In this document: positions 9,601-16,965 of the stretch, piece after piece
How positions within the stretch are numbered: the stretch's first letter is position 1
Layout of the letters: every line of letters begins with the position of its first letter
Source: a virus
Lineage: Duplodnaviria > Caudoviricetes
DNA length: 52,826 nucleotides
Strand: one strand, 5' to 3'
IMG/VR virus record: IMGVR_UViG_3300046323_000202
Coordinates: 1 to 52,826 of that record
Notes under the pieces: model-generated
Database searches by the model: none
What the model was told of the DNA's origin: nothing
Seen by the model: only the letters and a program-made list of their open reading frames with translations
Program-made: the position numbers and the translations under genes

Positions 9601-12313
9601 AGTCCAGTCAAATTACAATAAAGCTTTACTTGAAGCTCAAGGTGATACTAAAGGATTAGAAGTATTTAATAAAGCTATTTCTGACGCCGCTTTAATTACG
9701 GAAGGTTGGTCATTAGACCAGATCAAAAATATTGATGCTGCTAGGGCTAAAACCTTGTTTGATGCTAAGACTATTGAAGACAATAAAGCGCTAGCTCAAG
9801 TTACGTCAGATTTTAGTAGAGCTTTACTTGAAGCTCAAGGTGATACGGCAGGACTTGCTGCATTTGATCGGAAGTTATCTGACGCTGCTTTGGTAGCTTC
9901 TGGTTGGACTCAAGTTCAGGTAGATGCTGTAAATGCTGCTAGAGCTAGTGCTGAAGCAATTCAAGTTCAGTCTAATTATAGTAGAGCTTTACTTGAAGCT
10001 CAAGGTGATACGTCAGGACTTGCTGCATTTGATCGGAAGTTATCTGACGCTGCTTTGGTAGCTTCTGGTTGGACTGAGAGTATGGTTCTAGCTGTGAACG
10101 AAGCTCGTACTAAAGTTGAAGCTGATCTTAAGTTAAAAGAACAAACTCAGACTCAATCTGACTTTAATCGTGCTCTTCTGGAAGCTTCAAATGATACCTC
10201 TAGTTTAGCTGAATTCGATCGGAAGTTATCTGACGCTGCTTTGGTAGCTGCTGGTTGGACTCAAGTTCAGGTGGATGCTGTAAATGCTGCTAGAGCTAGT
10301 ACTGAAGCTAAAGCTAAAGCTGATACTTTAGTTCAAGTCCAGTCTGACTATAGCAGAGCTTTACTTGAAGCTACTGGAGATAACTCTGGTTTAGCTGAAT
10401 TCGATCAGAAGTTATCCGACGCTGCACTTGTTGCTTCTGGTTGGACTCAAGTTCAGGTGGATGCTGTAAATACTGCTAAAGCTAAGACTGCTGCTGATAC
10501 TAAGACTATTGAAGACAATAAAGCGTTAGCTCAAGTTCAGTCTGACTACAGTAGAGCGTTGCTAGACGCTACTGGAGATACTTCTGGTTTAGCTGAATTC
10601 GATCAGAAGTTATCCGACGCTGCACTTGTTGCTTCTGGTTGGACTCAAGTTCAGGTGGATGCTGTAAATACTGCTAAAGCTAAGACTGCTGCTGATACTA
10701 AGACTATTGAAGACAATAAAGCGTTAGCTCAAGTCCAGTCTGACTATAACAGAGCTTTATTAGAAGCTACTGGAGATAACTCTGGTTTAGCTGCATTTGA
10801 TAAGGCAGTATCTGACGCTGCACTTGTAGCTGCTGGATGGACTGCTGCTCAAGTAAAGAAAGTTAACGAAGCTAAAGATGAATTACGAGTTAAAACAGGT
10901 ATTGGTACATGGCAAGAAAGACTTAATTCACTAAGTGAAGAGGGTATTATATTAAACAGACTAATCCAGTTACAACGTGACTTATCAGCAGCATCTAGTG
11001 ATACTGAAAAATCCCTGATTAGACAAGTTTATGCTCAAGAGGATTTGAAATCAGCTACGGATAAGGCAACTGCTGCTTCTAAAGAAGCTGCTAATTCTGC
11101 TTTTAGTGCGCTGCAACGTGCAGTTGATTCCCAGCGTCAAATCTACGAAAAAGCAAAAGAAAATGCTACTGAGTTAGTATCTGTACTTAAGGGTTTATTT
11201 GATTTACTAAGAAGTAATATTAAAGAATTGTACAGTGAAGTAGATAGCACAGCAAAGATGCAAGCACAGGCAGGTTTAGCGTTTATTAAGAGTTCTTTAC
11301 AGAAGGCTAAAACTACAGGTGTCCTTCCTGAAACAGAACTTCTTAGTGAGGCAATTAATGCTGTCAGGAATGATACTAAGTTATATGGAACTAGGTTAGA
11401 ACAAGAGTTTGCTAAGTTAACTCTAGCAAATGATTTATCAGAACTTGAGAAGTTAACTAAAGGTCAATTGACTGATGCTGAAAAAGCCCTAGCAAATGCT
11501 GAAGCTCAACTAGCAGCACTTAACAATGTTCTTATGCTAGCTCAGAAACAGTTAGATGCTGCTAACGGTATTAATACTTCCGTTATAAGTGTAGCAGACG
11601 CTGTTAATAATCTAGCTATAGCCCTTGGGGTTGATGCAAGTACTATTATGGGTGGTGGTTCAGTCAGCAATCCATACGGCACATATAGCATAGGAGGGAG
11701 GGACTATACTGGTAATCAAAGTGAGTCCATAAACTTAAAGAAAGCTAAGGAAATTACAGCAGGTTTAACTGACCCTAATGATATTGCTTATGCTCTTTTA
11801 AAGAAAACTGGAACATGGGGAGATACTATACTTTATAACGATTTACGTGAATCAGGAGCCAAGGGGGCTGCGAGAGCAACTTCAGAGAAAATGGCGGAGG
11901 ATATCGCTAAGAAGTACGGCTCTATTGAGAACTTGAAGGAAAAAGCAGCAGCTTTACCTGAGAACTACGGGTCTAACCCTTATCAAGACATCATTGATAA
12001 TTTAAATAATCAGAATGAAATTGCAGGACTTCCAGCATACGAGATTGGTACTAACTACGTACCAAACGACGGGTTGGCTTTCCTACACGAGGGTGAAGCG
12101 GTTATCCCGAAAGCCTACAACCCGGCTGTCAGTGATTTAAATAATTCCTCAAGTCTAGTAGAAGAGTTGAAATCATTGCGGATTGAAGTTCAGATGTTAA
12201 GAATTGAAGCAAGAGCTACAGCTATTAACACTTCTAAATTAAACAACAACTTTGAAAGAAGTATTGTCCCTACTACCGAAGGTGATGCACTCTTGGTAAA
12301 AACAGCGGTGTAA
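3632..12313 (+). CDS. Tail tape measure protein (2893 aa)
   Basis: Lambda-H-like [26 protein letters not shown] motif; Ala-rich helical; C-terminal [21 protein letters not shown]; follows the chaperone. Confidence 0.95.
   Translation: [2893 protein letters not shown]
8820..10880 (+). repeat. Ten in-frame 55-66 aa repeat units inside the TMP
   Basis: GW codons at 8930, 9128, 9506, 9704, 9902, 10067, 10253, 10439, 10637, 10835; 10385-10536 identical to 10583-10734. Confidence 0.95.
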
Positions 12314-12321
12314 TTAAAGAT

Positions 12322-12348
12322 AACACGGACTAACCATCCGTGTTTCTT
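12322..12348 (+). terminator. Putative terminator after TMP
   Basis: AACACGGA...TCCGTGTT stem then TCTT. Confidence 0.55.
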
Positions 12349-12377
12349 AATAAATAAGGTAAATATGAAAGATTACA

Positions 12378-13265
12378 ATGAAAGTAATTAAACCACTCCA
12401 GTATCAAGAAAGTCAATTAATCTCTTCATCAGCAGTAGAAACAGTGCCGTTGTACGTAGCAGGTACTACTTATGCTGTTGGTGCTATTGTTCGATACGGA
12501 TTTAGATTGTACACAAGTCTATCCAGCAGTAACGTAGGTAATCAGCCAGATATTAGTCCTACTAAATGGATTGATTCAGGCCCTGATAATACCCACGCTA
12601 TGTTCGATAATGAAGTTAGTACTGTTAGTACAGCTACTTCACCTTTCGTTGTAGTGACTAAACCCACTGCAATTTTTGATTCAGTAAGTTACTTGAACTT
12701 AACAGGAACTTCATTGAATGTCAAAGTTCAGAATGGAATAGGAGGTACTGAAGTTTATAATCGAACAGTACCACTTGACGACACTGATATACTTGATTGG
12801 TTCATGTACTATTTTGAACCCTATGATTTATTGACTGAAGTTGTCTTGACCGATATCCCACCTTATGCAAATGGTGTTATCACAAGTACATTAACGGGTT
12901 CAGGTACAGTTCAAATAGGCAGTCTAATCTACGGTACTGTCTATAAGATAGGTGGTACACAGTACGGTGCCTCAGTTGGTATTAAGGACTACTCAGTAAA
13001 AACTACTGATGATTTCGGAGGTACTACTTTTGTGCAACGTGCATTCAGTAAACGAATGGATGCTGAAGTCTACATGGATAATGCAAGACTGAACTTCAAT
13101 TATAAACTCTTGAGCGATCTAAGGGCTATTCCTTCAGTGTGGATCGGATCAGATGATACTATGTATAAACCACTAATCGTTTTTGGATATTACAGGGACT
13201 TCAACGTAACTATTCAATACCCAACGTATTCACTTTGCTCATTGCAGATTGAAGGGTTGACTTAA
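12378..13265 (+). CDS. Tail tip/distal tail-like virion protein with N-terminal carbohydrate-binding-like motif
   Basis: Directly after TMP; TTYAVG..V.Y..RLY.SL...N.GNQP..SPTKW motif; IKDYS....DDFG. Confidence 0.7.
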   Translation: MKVIKPLQYQESQLISSSAVETVPLYVAGTTYAVGAIVRYGFRLYTSLSSSNVGNQPDISPTKWIDSGPDNTHAMFDNEVSTVSTATSPFVVVTKPTAIFDSVSYLNLTGTSLNVKVQNGIGGTEVYNRTVPLDDTDILDWFMYYFEPYDLLTEVVLTDIPPYANGVITSTLTGSGTVQIGSLIYGTVYKIGGTQYGASVGIKDYSVKTTDDFGGTTFVQRAFSKRMDAEVYMDNARLNFNYKLLSDLRAIPSVWIGSDDTMYKPLIVFGYYRDFNVTIQYPTYSLCSLQIEGLT

Positions 13266-13295
13266 TTAATGCTTAACCTAATAAGAAAGAAATAA

Positions 13296-14693
13296 ATGAC
13301 TACACTAACAGCTTTACCTGATGCACCACAACGGTCATCCCCTAGTACATTCGCAACTAAAGCAGACGCTTGGGTTGATGCAATTGAGAATGTATTCACT
13401 CCTGAAATGAATCTAATTATACCCGAGATTAACGCTTTGACTGTTACTACTACTACTCAAGCGGGTATTGCTACTACTCAAGCGGGTATTGCTACTACTC
13501 AAGCTATACTAGCTGCTAATCAGGTTATTCTAGCACAAGATCAAGTTTCACTGGCAGAACAAGCCGCACTGAGTGCAGGTTCAATTGTTTGGATATCTGG
13601 AACTACGTACGCCACAGGTGATTTACGTTACAGTCCTTTGGACTTTCAGAGTTATCGAAGAATTACAGCAGGTGCAGGAACTACTGATCCTAGCCTTGAC
13701 GTCACAAATTGGAGCAAAGCTTTTAACCCCTCGTTAATTCGCTCAGCACGTACAGCAGATATTATGCTTGGCAAATACGACAACGGCAAGATAATTGATA
13801 TCACTAGTGGTACATTTACACAAACATTTGATTCGGCTGCAACTTTAAAAGATGGTTGGTTTTGTTATTTGCAAAACTCCGGTACAGGCGACATCACAAT
13901 TGATCCAAGCGGCGCGGAGTTGATTGATGGATTGTCTGGCTTTGTGATGTACCCTGGCGAAGTGCGGCTGGTGCAATGCGATGGTGTGGCGCTGCGCTCG
14001 GTGGTGCTGAATGCTTTTTGCAAGACGTTTACAGCAAGTGGCACTTTCACAAAGCCACCGGGCTACAGTCAGTTTGGAGGATTTTTATGGGCCGGTGGTG
14101 GCAGTGGCAGACGGGGTGCGGCTTCCAGTCTGCGCAATGGTGGCGGCGGCGGCGCATGTACGCCAATACTTGTTTTGTCTACTGCTGTTGGCTCAAGTGA
14201 GTCTGTAGTAATCGGTGCCGGAGGTCTTGGCGCAACAGTAGACAGCACCAATGGTGCAGCAGGCGGAACGTCAACTTTTGTCGGTTTATCCTCGTTTGGT
14301 GGTGGCGAGGGTGACAACCTTTCAACACTGGCGAGTGCTTTGTCAAGAGGTGGTTCGGCACTTTACTCATCAACCACGGCGGCAGAGTCACCTGTTATTG
14401 GCGGATCATCATCAACAGGGGCGTACTACGGCGGTGCAAGAGGTGGGGCTGATGGGTCTACAAAATCGGGCAGCACTACTTACGGTGGCGCTGGCGGGCA
14501 GGGAATATCAGCCGCGAACGCTTTAAATCTGCAAACAACCAGCATTTACGGTGGTGCTGGCGGCACTACAAACGCTGGCGGCACTTTGCCAGTGGCGGGG
14601 ACGGCGCCCGGTGGTGGTGGTGGGGCATCAATAAACGGCACAGCATCCGGCGCAGGCGCTCGGGGCGAACTTCGTATTTGGGGGATCATCTAA
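13296..14693 (+). CDS. Tail fibre/receptor-binding protein with Gly-rich C-terminal domain
   Basis: LP.APQRSSPSTF N-terminus, FTASGTFTKP...GGGGGA, long Gly-rich tail, GARGELRIW end. Confidence 0.8.
   Translation: MTTLTALPDAPQRSSPSTFATKADAWVDAIENVFTPEMNLIIPEINALTVTTTTQAGIATTQAGIATTQAILAANQVILAQDQVSLAEQAALSAGSIVWISGTTYATGDLRYSPLDFQSYRRITAGAGTTDPSLDVTNWSKAFNPSLIRSARTADIMLGKYDNGKIIDITSGTFTQTFDSAATLKDGWFCYLQNSGTGDITIDPSGAELIDGLSGFVMYPGEVRLVQCDGVALRSVVLNAFCKTFTASGTFTKPPGYSQFGGFLWAGGGSGRRGAASSLRNGGGGGACTPILVLSTAVGSSESVVIGAGGLGATVDSTNGAAGGTSTFVGLSSFGGGEGDNLSTLASALSRGGSALYSSTTAAESPVIGGSSSTGAYYGGARGGADGSTKSGSTTYGGAGGQGISAANALNLQTTSIYGGAGGTTNAGGTLPVAGTAPGGGGGASINGTASGAGARGELRIWGII
13450..13504 (+). repeat. 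21-bp tandem repeat (2.6 copies; TTQAGIA heptads)
   Basis: CTACTACTCAAGCGGGTATTG x2 plus CTACTACTCAAGC. Confidence 0.9.
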
Positions 14694-15094
14694 TGGCACG
14701 CTTTGCAATCATTGACGCAGGGCGCGTCACCAACATCATCGAATCTGACGCAGAATTTGCAGCAAGCATCGGTGCTATCGACGCAACCGGGGCAATCATT
14801 GGGTGGCTGTGGGACGGCGAGACATTCACCGCACCGACACCGCCACCCGCCATCGTCCCGCAGTCCGTCACTATGCGCCAAGCAAGATTAGCTTTACTTC
14901 AAGCAGGGCTACTTTCAAATGTAACTAGTGCTATTAATGCGTTACCTAGTCCTCAAAAGGAGGCAGCTAGTATTGAATGGGAGTACAGCCAGACAGTAGA
15001 ACGCAACAGAGGCTTTGTGTTACTTCTAGGTGCAGCTTTGGGATTAACTGAAACTCAACTGGATGATTTATTCATCCTAGCAAGTACTTTATAA
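14693..15094 (+). CDS. Tail fibre-associated protein (assembly chaperone-like)
   Basis: TAATG overlap with fibre stop; IGW.WDG..F..P and VTMRQARLALL...LDDLF motifs common after phage fibres. Confidence 0.7.
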   Translation: MARFAIIDAGRVTNIIESDAEFAASIGAIDATGAIIGWLWDGETFTAPTPPPAIVPQSVTMRQARLALLQAGLLSNVTSAINALPSPQKEAASIEWEYSQTVERNRGFVLLLGAALGLTETQLDDLFILASTL

Positions 15095-15095
15095 T

Positions 15096-15548
15096 ATGAG
15101 ACTTGCCTTATACAAAGGCCCAACGGATGATTTAATGCACAGTATCTCTCACTGGGTTACCTGCATTGTCTTATCCGTTAGGGACATGAAAATAAATAAG
15201 TACTCTCACACTGAGATTCAAATCAATGGGATGTGCTTCAGTAGTTCTGTACGTGATGGAGGTGTAAGAGCTAAACCTATTAACCTTTTTTCGGGTAAAT
15301 GGGATTACATTGAAATACCTAAGGAGTACGAACAGAAAGCACTGGAAGTCTTCCTAGCAAAGCAAGGACGTAAGTACGATTGGTTCGGTGCATTAGGGTT
15401 TGGTTTACCTTTCCTTAAACAAGATAACGCTAAGGAATACTGTTTTGAGATCAATGCAGAAATGCTAGGAATGGATACATCAAAGATGCACTCACCAATG
15501 GATTTTATTGAGCACTTCAAAGATTACGATGTAGTAGAAATTAACTAA
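15096..15548 (+). CDS. Permuted papain-like (NlpC/P60, YiiX-like) hydrolase
   Basis: YSHTEI (His) precedes GRKYD...YCFE (Cys), the permuted order. Confidence 0.65.
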   Translation: MRLALYKGPTDDLMHSISHWVTCIVLSVRDMKINKYSHTEIQINGMCFSSSVRDGGVRAKPINLFSGKWDYIEIPKEYEQKALEVFLAKQGRKYDWFGALGFGLPFLKQDNAKEYCFEINAEMLGMDTSKMHSPMDFIEHFKDYDVVEIN

Positions 15549-15560
15549 GGAACTTTAAAT

Positions 15561-16184
15561 ATGAAACTGAATAAAACACTCACAGCATCAATCATAGCAC
15601 TTAGCTTAGTTGGGTGTGCTTCACCTGATTACGCGCAATACAGTAAATCCATGCAAGAGATAGCTGCTTCTAAGAACTCAGCGGATACCGAAAAGTACAA
15701 AGCACTTGCTTCTATCGCAGCGTCTGGGGACAGTACAGCCAAGGTGGCCGCTGTAATGGCTTTAAGCTCACTAGGTGGTGCTACCCAAGGGCAATCAGCT
15801 CTAATGCAGCCACAGCCCAATGTAGCCCTTCAGTGGGCATCTATCTTAGTACCGGGTTTAACTCAGGTTGCAGGTATGCGATATAACTATATGAGTCAAT
15901 CAGTTAGCTCCAATAATGCTACAGCCCTAGGAATGAGCACTAATACAACTTTCAGTGCTATCGCAGGTAAGATTCAAGCACCTACTACGATCACTACATT
16001 AAGTGGAACTGGTACTCTTGGTTCTGGTGCGTATAGTACCTCTGATAACCACTCTATCTCAACAGAAGCACCTTTTGCTGTTCCTACTGTTGTTACTCCT
16101 ACAGTTATTCAACCAGTCACTATTATCGAACCCACTGTTGTTACTCCTACAGTTATTCAACCAGTGGTCAATTCAGTTAAGTAA
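15561..16184 (+). CDS. Lipoprotein of unknown function
   Basis: Signal peptide with lipobox LVG-C; Thr/Val/Pro-rich repeated C-terminus. Confidence 0.75.
   Translation: MKLNKTLTASIIALSLVGCASPDYAQYSKSMQEIAASKNSADTEKYKALASIAASGDSTAKVAAVMALSSLGGATQGQSALMQPQPNVALQWASILVPGLTQVAGMRYNYMSQSVSSNNATALGMSTNTTFSAIAGKIQAPTTITTLSGTGTLGSGAYSTSDNHSISTEAPFAVPTVVTPTVIQPVTIIEPTVVTPTVIQPVVNSVK
16086..16165 (+). repeat. 32-bp direct repeat, 48-bp period (PTVVTPTVIQPV x2)
   Basis: ACTGTTGTTACTCCTACAGTTATTCAACCAGT at 16086 and 16134. Confidence 0.9.
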
Positions 16185-16195
16185 TAAGGTGCAGT

Positions 16196-16663
16196 ATGTT
16201 AGTGACAGAGATTATTCAAATAGTAGGTGCTGTCATAGCATCAATAGCTGGTGTAGTTTTTACGTACCAACGATATATAGCATTAAGAACAAAGGAGATG
16301 ACAGTAGAGGCGAGTGAACATGCAATTAAATCCCAATTCCAGAATCTAAGAGATGCTATTGAAGCTAACCGAACAGAGGCGAGTGATGCACGTAAAGAAG
16401 CTCAAGAAGCCCGTAAAGAGACTGCTGAGTTAAGACATGAGTTCGCTCGCATGGATAGGATTATTCATGTACAACAACGAACCATTACACGTATGGAGTT
16501 ATTGATTCGTCAGTTCTCTAAACTAGTACAACAAAACGGTATTGATGTACCTTCACATATGCAAGAAGAGCTAGAGGACTTGATTATTGATAATAAAACA
16601 CTGGCTAAACGTATTCAAGATGCTATGCATAATGATAGTAAAGTTGAAGGTTACGAGTTCTAA
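16196..16663 (+). CDS. Membrane-anchored coiled-coil protein, putative holin/lysis accessory
   Basis: One N-terminal TM helix then coiled coil; inside the lysis cassette. Confidence 0.55.
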   Translation: MLVTEIIQIVGAVIASIAGVVFTYQRYIALRTKEMTVEASEHAIKSQFQNLRDAIEANRTEASDARKEAQEARKETAELRHEFARMDRIIHVQQRTITRMELLIRQFSKLVQQNGIDVPSHMQEELEDLIIDNKTLAKRIQDAMHNDSKVEGYEF

Positions 16664-16674
16664 CAAGGAATAAT

Positions 16675-16965
16675 ATGGAACCAAAACAAAATTACACTCT
16701 TCAGGTACTTCAAGAAAGGGTTAATTTCTTGAGTAAAGAAGTACAAGAAATACAACTAGAACTAAAGGACGACACTACAATTCAGCGTACTTTTAATTCA
16801 ATAGAAAAGTTAGATACTAAACACAATGAATTAGACCAACGAGTAGACGCTCTTGAAAAAGAGCAACCAATGAGTAAGTTAGTTCATAAGTGGGTAATCG
16901 CTGCTGTGTGGACTGCGGCTAGTGCTGCTGTACTACTATGCGCTAAGTTTCTTGGTATTATGTAA
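16675..16965 (+). CDS. Putative holin-like membrane protein
   Basis: Coiled coil plus C-terminal TM helix; TAATG-coupled to the endolysin. Confidence 0.55.
   Translation: MEPKQNYTLQVLQERVNFLSKEVQEIQLELKDDTTIQRTFNSIEKLDTKHNELDQRVDALEKEQPMSKLVHKWVIAAVWTAASAAVLLCAKFLGIM

Noticed and set aside
8820-10880. Diversity-generating retroelement TR/VR pair
   Set aside because: No reverse transcriptase; all copies are in-frame within one gene and differences are not adenine-specific
16003-16317. Leu-rich holin-like ORF
   Set aside because: Alternate-frame shadow of the ACT/GTT/CCT repeats of the lipoprotein gene; no SD
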